Below are positions 39,081 through 50,529 of a stretch of DNA of 64,000 bases, in pieces. Source of the DNA: Octopus bimaculoides. Lineage: Eukaryota. Numbering within the stretch: position 1 is the stretch's first letter; each line of letters begins with the position of its first letter. Made by a program: the position numbers and the translations under genes. The DNA lies in contig NC_069010.1 in assembly GCF_001194135.2 (NCBI RefSeq), positions 2,419,946 through 2,483,945 of the forward strand, given 5' to 3'. The notes under the pieces are model-generated. The model was not told the origin of the DNA and did no database searches. It saw only the letters and a list, made by a program, of their open reading frames with translations.

Positions 39081-39649
39081 CGGATCTTTTTTAAAACGGG
39101 GGCCACATTTTTCATTAATGTTTTACGTAGTGTTTTTGGTACTGAAAGACTTTCAAACTTCGTATACTTATCTATTTTGTGTTATAGAACAGAAAAATAT
39201 TTTTGTATTCAAATTTATTTCATGTAAAAAATTGTCTTACTTCGATAATTTCAACCAATCACTGACAAGTATTCAGTTGTTTACATTTACTCCTTGGCTG
39301 ATTAAGCGATGTAAAGCGTATTTAATCTCCATACCTTCGTTTTATTTGCTTTTTTCATTTTAAATTTGCTTTAACCCTAACCCTAACCCTAGAGTTAGGG
39401 TTAGGGTTAATTGTTTCAGAATCGTTTGTTTATGTAGTCGGCACTTAATGTATATCGGCTGAATGGACGTCAGTGATTGATTGAAATTACAGAAATACGA
39501 CAACTTTAACATGGAATAATTTATGGATTTCTTTTTTTTTTAAGAAGACTAAGAGAAAAAGATGTTTTATATGACACATTCTACCAGTGTTCCAAGTTTC
39601 AAAGTGTTTCGTTAATGAAAAATGTGGCCCCCGTTTTAAAAAAGATCCG
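39081..39649. mobile_element. Non-autonomous TIR element (569 bp) with 38-bp perfect terminal inverted repeats
   Basis: cggatcttttttaaaacgggggccacatttttcattaa (39081-39118) is the exact reverse complement of 39612-39649. GAAGG occurs near both flanks (possible TSD, offset by 1 nt). Confidence 0.85.
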
Positions 39650-40126
39650 GAAGGACAGTACCAGTAGCCCTTTTCAAGGCCTCAAAAACTGATGGGAGGA
39701 AGGAAGTTATCAAACTGGAGATCTGGCATGAATGCATGCAAAATATTGGACAGTGTTACAAGTACCAAAGAGCCAGGTGGCAAGAAACTGTCTCTTTGAC
39801 AGACTTCCATACAGTTTCCCTTTTACTAGATTTTACTCATTAGACTTTGGGCTTTGCAGGAGATAGTTGCTGTGGAAGCAAACCTAAAGCTACATAGTTA
39901 TAAAGCGAACAACTTAAATATACTTGAATTTATCCCAGTGTTCCCTCACGATCACCCACTCTTTTTTGTTTTGTTTTTGTATACCTTGTCTGTTGAGGAC
40001 TACATCTATATTCTTCCCCATTTTTGAAAGATGGCAGGGTGTGTTTTGGGATATTTAGCTGTTATTTATAGCAGGTTGATGAACTGCTGTTACAGTCTTT
40101 CATTGAGTTAGTAATTAAGTAGACAT

Positions 40127-40405
40127 CAGTGGTTCCCAAAGTGGATGGTACTTCCCCGCCCCTGGGGGTAGTGAACAGATTGGAGTGGGTTGAGTTGAAG
40201 AAAAGTGGAGTGATAATGGGGGTGGCCAAAAGGGGGCGATGGATGTAACAACAACAAAATAATGGGTTAATTAGGTTATTTTATTTGTGAAAAACAGTTG
40301 TTGAATTTGCTGTGTCTGTGGTTGTCAGTGTGGGAGTGGATGTTCTCTAGGAATGTGTCTCGGGTGCTAAGGAGGAAGCAGCTTGTAAAAGTTTGGGAAC
40401 CATTA
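40127..40405. mobile_element. Older hAT-type MITE
   Basis: TIRs cagtggttcccaaa / tttgggaaccatta; degenerate 8-bp flanks gtagacat / gtatatat. Confidence 0.65.
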
Positions 40406-41267
40406 GTATATATCTCTTAACCATATAATTTGTTAATTCTCCCCTTCTCATTCTATACAAAGATGATAGTTAAACCTGACTCTGGTAAGGAATTTGAAAC
40501 GGATAAAATTAAAAAGATACTAAAAGTGCATTTTAATCTTCTGTGTTCTCTTGGCCATCTTCACTGTTGTAGACTAATTAATAATGATAATGATGATAAT
40601 AATGATAATAATAAATACAGTGACTGAAGTTCAAGTAATTTTTAATTCTTTTTTCAGATGTTATTCAACGTTGGAGTGTAGTTAATACTGCGAGTGATGA
40701 TATTCACATACACAGCTCTTTACCACCAACTGCTTACTGTTTTTGTTTGAAATTGCCCCATTCCCTTTTTTTTTTTTATCTATTTGTGTTCCTGTTTGTT
40801 TTCTATTCATTCAGATGACCCCCCCCCCATGTAATCCCATTGTTACATACATGCATTCACACATGCAATCTATTTGCTTGTTTTAAACAATTTGGTTTAA
40901 TTATATATATNNNNNNNNNNNNNNNNNNNNNNNNNNNNNNNNNNNNNNNNNNNNNNNNNNNNNNNNNNNNNNNNNNNNNNNNNNNNNNNNNNNNNTATAT
41001 ATATATATATAAAATGTACACACACACACACACACACACATATATTTATATATATATATATATATATAGTAATTAATGATAATGTGCTTTTGAAACAAAA
41101 ATAAACAAAACTATAAAATAAAGAGACATAGAACTGTACCTTTTCAATTGAGGACCATTAGCTGCCAACCCAACCCTTTATTTTGGAACCATTAACCCCA
41201 GCTCTTCTGCCTCTCTCTCCTTTGTTCCTTCCATTTCACAAGTTGTTCAGTTTCTCTAATTTTGCAG

Positions 41268-41288
41268 ATGCAGGTAAAACAAAAAAAG
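41268..41288 (+). other. Candidate 21-nt in-frame microexon (MQVKQKK) in RBM39 intron 2
   Basis: Acceptor tttctctaattttgcag and strong donor AAG|gtaagt; length divisible by 3 with no stop in phase 0. Confidence 0.5.
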
Positions 41289-41341
41289 GTAAGTATGTTA
41301 CTAATAGCCAATCTGATATATTTGTTCCAATTATTTCTTAG

Positions 41342-41409
41342 CAGTTCTCTCTATTCACTGTCAAAGTTCTGCTTCTGCTTTGAGCAGGGCTGGTATCATA
41401 ACCAATGAG
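41342..41409 (+). other. Candidate stop-containing (poison) cassette exon in RBM39 intron 2
   Basis: Tandem TAGCAG acceptor (41339-41344), in-frame TGA at 41381-41383, donors CTG|gtatca (41393) or GAG|gtatat (41410). It lies between the same two coding exons as the vertebrate RBM39 poison exon. Confidence 0.5.
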
Positions 41410-42391
41410 GTATATCCGAGCTGTGCTTATTGCGATTAGTTACAGATGTTGACATTTGTGCTGTAGGAGGTGTCTATTTATCCACTTCTTTCTTGATGTA
41501 ATTGTCTTTAAATGTGTTACACTACAATCTGAAGTTGATAAATTAAGCTTTATTATTTTGTCTTCAGAGTGAAGTCTTTGAAGAAAATTCTATCCTAGAA
41601 TATAGTAAAAGTTAATTTGTTAGTTAAGTTTTAGCAGTTCTTATCTAGTTGGGAATGGTTGGTTTGTACAGATTTACCTTCAAGATAGAAACTTGTTACT
41701 TGTAACTTTGCAGTCTTTATCTTGCTTTTGGTTGTTTTAAATAGGTTATCCATGTTGGATATCTTTGTCACTGTTATCTCCAGTATTGAGTTTCTGATAA
41801 TTTTCTTCACATTGGATTTGATTCTATATCTTTTTTTTTTTTTATTATGTCTTATTTTCCATAGTTTCTCTTTTGATGTGATCTTAATGTAAATTTGAAA
41901 TTTTTGTTATATTTCCTATCTGCTTCTGCTGTTAACTGTTTTTTTTTTTTTTGTTGTAAAACATTTTGTGTATATATGTATAAAGGAAACCGAAAGTCTT
42001 GCTACTGTTTAATATATTTGTGTGTATTAAGTGGTAGCATGACCTTTTGGACTGTTCAGTCTATATATATGTGTGTGTGTGTATGGATACAGACATTCAG
42101 CAGCTGGATTTAGTTACTTCGGTACAATTTTAGTGGAGTAGGGAGTCCAATTGATCCAACAACTGGAGTATTCTTTGTTGAAACTACTGGAGATCCATTT
42201 TGTGTGTTTGTTTATACACACACACACATATAGACATGGCTGTGTGGTAAAAAGTTTCCTTCCCAATCACACAGCTTCAGGTTTAGTTCCACTGTGTGGT
42301 GCCTTGGGTATGTGCCTATGTACCTTCTATAGCTCCAAGCCAACCAAAGATCTATGTGGTCTTGGTAGAGGGAAACTGAAAAGAATCTATC

Positions 42392-42454
<63 letters not shown>

Positions 42455-44105
42455 CTGTTGGCGTGTGCACGTTTGTGCATGTTACTATCTCTTTGACTTG
42501 ACGTTGTATGATAGTTGTAAACAAGTATTACTGTCATACAAATGGTGCCCTTTATTTTCAATCTTCTTGAAAAACCTGTCTGGCCATGAAGAAATATTAC
42601 TGTAGTTGGAAACAGGTGAGGGTTAGTAACAGGAAAGGTAGCTAGTCATAGAAAATCCACATCAATAAATTCTGTCCAACCAAGATGATCCTGGAAAAGT
42701 GGATGTTAAAATGATGGTGATAGACATTCTATTTCCATTTATCTGTTGCTGAACCACTGTAAGATGAAGTATCAGCTAGCCATTGCTGGTTAATCTATGT
42801 TGGTTGTTAGGCCTGTTTGTTCATGCTGGCTGGTCAGAACATTAGTCCTGGCTGTTGACAACTTGGTGGAATTTGGACCTAGAACACGAAGAGCTGCAAC
42901 AGTTATTGTTCAGGTAACTGGTCTACTGCTCTGTCAAACCACTTTATTTTTCAACTGTGAGTGAATAAAAGATCTCAGTGAGTATAGAATTAAGAACATA
43001 GAGAATTGGAATGAATATTTTAAGGTGAGCCGTCCAGTGCTCCTGAAGACTCTGTCCATTCCCTATCTTGTTTGTGTGTGTGGTTGAGGTTAAGAAATTT
43101 GCTTTGAGACCATGTGGTTTTGGGTTGTAACTTACTACATGGTACCTTGGGCATGTCTTCTCTTATAACACTAGACTAACCTATGCTTTGTAACTAAGTT
43201 TGGAAAATGGAAACTGTATGGAAGCTGCCAGCATGTGTATGTCTTTCTGTAACTTGTCTTATATTAACACCATTAGCCATTTGACACCTGGTGTTGATTT
43301 GTATAAGTCCTTGATACTGGAGTTGGACTTAAACTCTTTGAGGCCATACTCCAGCATGGCCATAGTCCAATAACTGAAAGCAGTAGAAATGTGTGTGTGT
43401 GTACTGGGCACAGGTGTGGCCAAGTGTTTTAAGAAGTTGGTTTTGTTGTCATTAGGTTCCAGATTTGATGTCAGTGTGACATCTTGGCAAGGGTTTCTCA
43501 CCATAGTTTGTAGTGTATCCCTAGCAAAAATCTGTATGGAAGCTTGTCAGATGGACTATAATTGTAATTCATGGAGCCAGCCTCTGATTCCTCCATCTGA
43601 TTTACTTCAAAGTCTTAAAATCCTGTGGAATACTTTGCCAGTTATAGACATGATAGTTAAGATGATGGAACTGTTGAAATAAATGTCATTTCTCTTATAT
43701 ACCCTTGTTTAATATTTATATTCCAGTAAAATGTGGCTTAAAATGTGACCATTTATTATGCTATGTATACTGAATGGTATGTTTTACCGGAATTTTTGCA
43801 ACTTGGGGTTCAGTTCAACATTCCACTCTTATGTCCTTGTATTATCAAAGCAAGGACAGACACTATTATGAAAAAGAGTTGCATAATATCAAAATAAAGA
43901 CAAAACCACATTTTGATATTTCAAATGTATTTAATACACTTGTTTCTGATAATTATGCAAGATAATCCTTACAGAATATTATCTTCTTCAGTCAAATATT
44001 TCAAAATATTTTGAAATATTTTACTGAAGAAGGTAGTATTATGTAAGTATTAACTTCTGTAACTACTAGAAACTTGTATTAAATGTATTCCAAATATCAA
44101 CATAT

Positions 44106-44145
<40 letters not shown>

Positions 44146-46114
44146 TTCGCATTTAGCCTACTCAACTTGGAAGTCCTTGGTCGCTTTAGTATATATTAAA
44201 TATAATTTTTCCTCTTCATAAGGTAGTTTTGTTTTTACTTGTTGTTGCTGTTTTTTTCACCCTCCCCCTTCAGTAAATTTTAGCGTCATAAATTCTAAAA
44301 GTCAAGATTTTCTACTTAAGATTTATCATCATAAACATCATTTAAATTGATTATCTATAAGATAATTTAAATATCCAGGATTTAATATTTTCTAATTGTC
44401 TTCTAAGCTATTTTTTAATGCTTTCATTTCAATCATTTTGCTTAAAGACCATATTAAAATATTTTGCTGTCTTGTGACAGTTTTTTTTTTTTATTTTTAG
44501 TTTTATTCCCTCCTCCCACCTTTTTTTGTGCGCATTCTATTATTGATAAACATTTACATTTCTTTTCATAGAATAATTGAATGAAACATGAATTCTGAAG
44601 TGACAGACCAAGGGAATTTCCAAATTGGTTTGATTAATTTATCTACTCAGTGTTCAGTAATATTTTAATCCTTGCTGTTTTTGCAATGCCAGCTCCGGCC
44701 ATATTTCAATCTGAAACTGAATCTTACGTGCCTGCTCTCTCTCTTCATGTTGGGATTAAGAAACTGAATTGCAGAATTGATACCAGGAAAATAAATATGT
44801 TGAAAGCAAGCATTAGAGAGAAAATAAGATAAATCACTCAACAATCAAATGCTGGTTCCTTGATATTTAGTTAGTTTTTACTAATTAATTAATTCCCAGA
44901 TATGATATCTAGAATTTGCCACTCTCTTGTGTGTGGTGCTAGCACCATCAGCAACAGAATGATGAAGTATTAGTGAAACACTAATGAAATATAATTATTC
45001 TGCTACATCTTGGTGTCTGACTGACCACCAGAATAAATCTGTTATTGGTTGTAGGCATGACTGGGAAAGAAGTTTTCCTTGGCAGCCACATCATTCTTGA
45101 TTAGATCTCTCTGCTAGGTACTTTGGACTAGTGCCTTCTGTGGTCTTTGGATGATCAGCCACTACCTTGTAAGTGAAATTTTGCAGAGGGTAACTCTGTG
45201 AAAGTTGTGTTAGTTTGTGTGTGATTGATGCAGATATTGCTGTGTGGTTTACAACTTTTGGGTTCAGTCACCCTACAAAATACCTTGGGCAAATACCTTG
45301 TAGAACCTGAGTTGACCAAAGTCTTGGAAGATGTTAACTGAAAGATAGTTGTGTGTAAAATATGCACTCATATACACACATGTTGTCATATTGGCAGTGT
45401 TGTTCTCAGTTTTCCTGTCAAATTGTCTGCTTGCTTCATTCTTTTAAAGCCATGTAGAATAAGGAATTTCAACAGTTAAAGTAGAACAAGAAGAAGGTCT
45501 TCTACTCTAAAACAACACCTCAATAATATGTTCATCTAACCCATGCAAGCATGGAAAATGAAAGGCTGTGTGTGTGTGTGTGTTTATGCATGCATGCATG
45601 TTTCATGCATTTGTATAACTTTTGCTGATGTTGGTATACAATGGCAAGAAAATTGAAGTGATAATTTTTGACCCATGTTCCTTGAGATATTTGTTCTCTA
45701 CAGAGACAGTAAATCATTGAATGGCTTGTCGGAAATATGTAACCAGTGGCATCATTGTTAACCACTTAATATAAAATAGGACTGTTGTCCAAACAGATCT
45801 AATTTGGTTGGTGGAGACATGTCTTAACAAAACTGACATGGGCCATTTGAAGAACAATCTGTTTCTTATTTAGCAGTCACTTAGGTCTAGTAGCTAATCT
45901 TTTGGCTATTTCTTCAATCTATTTTCATCTTTATTGTAGCACAGACTTGTTCTTGTGTGTAGTGTGTAAAAGAGATTTGTGAAGTGCACATGAGGTTAAT
46001 AATCTGCAGAAATCTTACTGTTCTTATTAAATATTCTAGTCATTTCAAAAACTGTCTAGGAGCCAGCATGTTATAATATAACATAGCATACATGCATGTC
46101 TGCGTGTGTGTCTA

Positions 46115-46180
<66 letters not shown>

Positions 46181-46521
46181 TACACGCATACATACATATA
46201 TATATGTTTACAAATACACACACACACTCCCAACCACAAGCACTGATACAGGAGATTATAAGTTTCCAATGCTAGTTACAGAACACTTTACTCTCTCTCT
46301 CTCTCTCTCCCTCACTGTCTTTCCATCTTTCCAACTTCCCAAAGCCAGCTGTGATCAGCCAGAATGCAGCTCCAGATAACAACAAGGATATTCTTTTCAG
46401 CACTGTATAGCGTTTGTTTCCGAAGAACTAACAACCGTTCCTCTTTCATCTTTTTCAACTTGACCTAAGCTGAAGAATTTTTACTATTTTGGTCTTTTTT
46501 GTTTTGTTTCTGTTTTTCTAG

Positions 46522-46565
46522 GATGACGTCGTCAAAACTGATGGAAGAGCTGACAAAGAGAGAAG
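46522..46565 (+). CDS. RBM39: RBM39 next coding exon (DDVVKTDGRADKER+AG), 44 nt
   Basis: Long pyrimidine tract plus TAG acceptor (46519-46521) and donor AAG|gtaggt; open in phase 0 to 2. It is short and charged like the corresponding vertebrate exon (DENKLSSANGHEERSKK). The following RS-rich exon was not found in the window. Confidence 0.8.
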
Positions 46566-46762
46566 GTAGGTTTATCAGTATTGATTCTTTTTGGTGAATT
46601 GTTTTTAAAAATTATTTTTATTGATCTCTGTTTGTTAGATTTGAACTTGATGGGAGGGAATGTTCTAGTGATAAATTTTTTTGTACTTTAGAGTTAGACA
46701 CAATTTCTCTTACATATTTTTGTTGTCCAAAAAAGAAAAAAAGAAAAAAAATCACAATCTTT

Positions 46763-46797
<35 letters not shown>

Positions 46798-48609
46798 CCT
46801 TTTACTGAAGCTAGATGTAAGATATTGTTATTTGAACCTTGATTGTTTGGTAACAATAGTACCTGGTGACAGGATTTTGGTTGAGAAAGTTAGGGTCTTG
46901 GGATTTGTGAAGTTTAATTTTTGGTTTTTGATACACCTTCCCTTGTTAACTTTGTAGAATCTGTAGGGACTGATCCTCAATGTATGGCACAAAATGATCT
47001 ACTGGGGGCCAGTATTTAACATATTAGATGTAATGATCTACTGAAAGTTGTGCTCAATATATTGCTCAAGTCCACATGGCTCAGTGCTCAACATAGGGTT
47101 CATAATGAGGTCTATGGATCATTATGGCTCGTTATGATCCACTACTCAACACATGGCCTCCCTGGGAAGTTTGTCCCTTGATCCTTTCAGTTGCACTTCT
47201 CTGTTACATGTAGCCCCGGGTCGATAAATTAAGTACCAGTTGTGTACTGGAGTCGATTTAATCGACTGACCCCTCCCCTTAAAATTTCAGGCCTTGTGCC
47301 TAGAATAGAAAAGAATATTATTGACAATGTTGATACAAGCAGTTTTATGGGGTCCGCATTGAAAACTATAACATTGAATTTTCTTAGTGGTTGAGATTGG
47401 ATGTTGTTCTGTTGGATACCTTTCACAAGAACACAAGTGAAATGGTGTCAGGTGGGGAATGAAACCCAGTCAGAGCCTGGTTGAACAAGAATGTGCTTCC
47501 CTTAGAATTACTGAAGTATTTCTCATGGTAGCACCTCTGCTGAGTGCTTCTCCATTTACAAGCCAATGAGGGAGCCTCTGCGTGGGTGCTTGACTTGCTA
47601 GAAATAGTTGAAATATATCCCTCAAATCACACATAACTGGAAGAGGATATATTAGATTATGACGTTCCTGATATACCCAGAAACAATAGTCATGACTGGA
47701 AAGCTTTTAATCATTCCATCAGGCTAAATTAGCTGTGTGGCTTCTGTAATTACTTAATATATTTTAGATCTGGAAGGGATGTAAAGCTTTGAAGGGACAC
47801 TTTGTATACACAGTGATTTAGGTTGGCTGTAACCTTAGAAATGGTCCTTCAATGGGAAATGGGTACAAGAAGTGACCAGTGTGATCTTTAGAGGTAGATT
47901 TGTTAAGGGCAAACAAATTGTAACTAAATGGTATTGGTATTGAGGACAGTATTGTTTCTGGTGGAGCCATAGTGGTTGTCTAACCTGAGGTCAGCTCTGA
48001 CCCAGCAATTGTATCCCAGCCATGACCTCATCTTTTGAATTAAGACAGTAGGCTACATAATCCTGTGTAGTACATCAAAGAGAAATGTAGCTGCTATTTC
48101 TAGCTAATGGCTTCAGAAATAGTCCTTGTTATGTCCTCTGTTGTTTGGTTGGCAGTCAGCTGCTTTGTGGAATTGGCCTGATTCTAGTGAATGCCATTGA
48201 AACGGAAGTTGTGATGTTACCCTAGAGAAACTCAGCCAAGCTTAGGAGATATTGGTTTTTATAGTTGGGTTTGAAAATTGAAAAGATTTTTTGCTCTAGA
48301 CCTTTCACGACTGTATCTAATGAAATATGCTTGTTTTATGTTGCAATAAATTTAGAAAATAGAAAATTTAAAGGGTTAGTAAAGTGACTGTTTTTTTTCA
48401 TTATGAAGTTGGAGTGTGGAAAATACAGGTACTGTAAATTCCTCCATTAAGTTATAACACAAGGTTCTAAATAATGTATAAACATTTTAAGATAGACATT
48501 TTTGTATCATAGAAGCAGTGGTGATTTTGGATGGGCTGGTATCAAAAGAGTTGCAAAATATAAGCATAATAACAATTTAACAAAATTGAAGGTTTGGGGC
48601 TTGCAAAGG

Positions 48610-48646
<37 letters not shown>

Positions 48647-50493
48647 GTAAAGGGTCAGTTACTGGCATTGATGGTTTTTCACACTTTACAATCTCACTTT
48701 GACAGACTACAATACTATTGAGGCCAAGCAATTGAGGTTCAACTAATGGTTTAGCACAGGTTGGTCATTATATGTATAGTAGAGGCGTGTGTGTGTGTTT
48801 ATATGGTATAGTTATGGCGATGGATATAGTGTAGAAGTTTGTGTATGTAAGTAGTGTTAAGTTAGATGCGTATCATGTGTTTGTGTTTTTGGTAGACTAC
48901 ACTAACATAAAGATATAGACAGGCTAGGAAAGGAGGGGGTGTAATTTGCATATGGACGTGGTATACTGAGCAGAGAAAAATAGGTGTTTAACATTCTGCA
49001 TGCACTGAATATTACCGTTAAAAGACAATGGTTATTACTGTTGCACCCTGTGTATCTGCTTTCTTGGTTTTGCATGATCTTTAGATCTTAAGAAGATAAT
49101 CCTACTTTGGCGATGTTAATGTGTGAGTGTATGTCTGTGCATACACATGGGTGTATGTTTGTGCATGTATGTGTATATGCATGTATTTTCTCTAAGGTAG
49201 TAGATGCTAACAAGGGCATCTAACTGCAGAAGCTAAGCCATAAATGAAATGCGAGATGTGATCCCCCCGATGCATTTAGAATAGCCCCAAATACATGCTA
49301 TTCTTATTAAAGCAATTTGCTTAACCCATGCTGGCATAGAAAGCAGACATAAAACAATTGTGTGTGTGTTATTTTTATGTATGCATTTGTTTGCATTTTT
49401 ATATATATGTATATAAATATATGTATTTATGTATAGCGGGGTGGTGAGTGTCTGCTCATACATGCAAACCTGGTGAAGTGTGCATTAAAATGGTGATACT
49501 GATGGCGGCGGGTGGAATGTATAATATACCTACATTTCAGTCTCTTGTTCCGTGTGCTTCTACTCAGCCTCAGTCTGCTACCTTCACTAATTTAATTTTC
49601 TCCCTCTCTTGCACACTGGCTCTTTCCCTTTGTATTATGCGATCTAATAACAGTAGAATTGTGTCCACATTCACCTACATTCCTCTCTTTTATTACAATC
49701 CCTGTATAATGGGGAACTGCATCAACTCTTTTTATCTAGTATACCTCATTATTAATATCCAGCATTATCTTACCAGTTAAACGCCACTCTCAGCACTCTT
49801 CCGTTTACTGGTGTTTTATCTTCTTCTGGTCATGTATTAACAATCGTCACTTTCTTGTATCACAGACCAACTCCTTCCCCCCTGCTATTACTCTCTTTGT
49901 TCCATTTCTCCTTCCAATACTGTCTCCTTCAATATTACCTTCTCTCCCTACCTCTCTCCAATCACTCTAAAGTGGTTGGCCATCCAGTCCACACTGTAAA
50001 GTGGTTGACGTTTGGAAGGGCATCTGGCTGTAAAAACCTTGCCAAAACTGATTTCGCTTGTGCTTGTGTCGCATAAAAAGCACTCAGTCCACTCTGCTGG
50101 GTGACTGGTGTTCAGAAGGGCATCCAGCTGTAAAAATCCTGTCAAAACAGTTACAGAACTCTGGTGCAGCCTTCTGCCTGGCTGGCTCCTGCCAGGCTGT
50201 CTCACCCATGCCAGCTTGGAAGGCGGATGTTAAATGATCATGATACTGTTTCTTCACTTCTCTCTCTATTCAACCTCTTCCAATGAATGGAGTAGGCATG
50301 GAGAACTCAGGATATTTTAGTCTTGCAAGGTACCAGCAACCTCACTAATATTAGTGCCTTAAAATTCACCTGGTTCAGTCAGTAAAGTAGTTAGTGAATA
50401 GGCACAGACAGTGTGGGGTTGGAGGACCTTTAATGTTGATTCTGTCCAACTCATGTCAGTATGGAAAAAAGGATATAAAAGGGGGATGATGGA

Positions 50494-50529
<36 letters not shown>

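Larger units (their letters stand above)
4935..50243. mobile_element. Additional family-B SINE copies: ~4935-5148(+), 9440-9822(+), 10705-11000(-), 11064-11550(-), 11664-11804(+), 20153-20357(-), 20866-21194(+), 24490-25050(+), 27169-27555(-), 49970-50243(+)
   Basis: Shared blocks (ggaagggcatccagctgtagaaactctgcc, catgctagcatggaaagcggacgttaaacgatgatg) in either orientation; boundaries are approximate. Confidence 0.75.

Noticed and set aside
39371-39410. Chromosome end-to-end fusion scar
   Set aside because: Only ~3 repeats per arm, embedded inside a TIR element within a gene intron.
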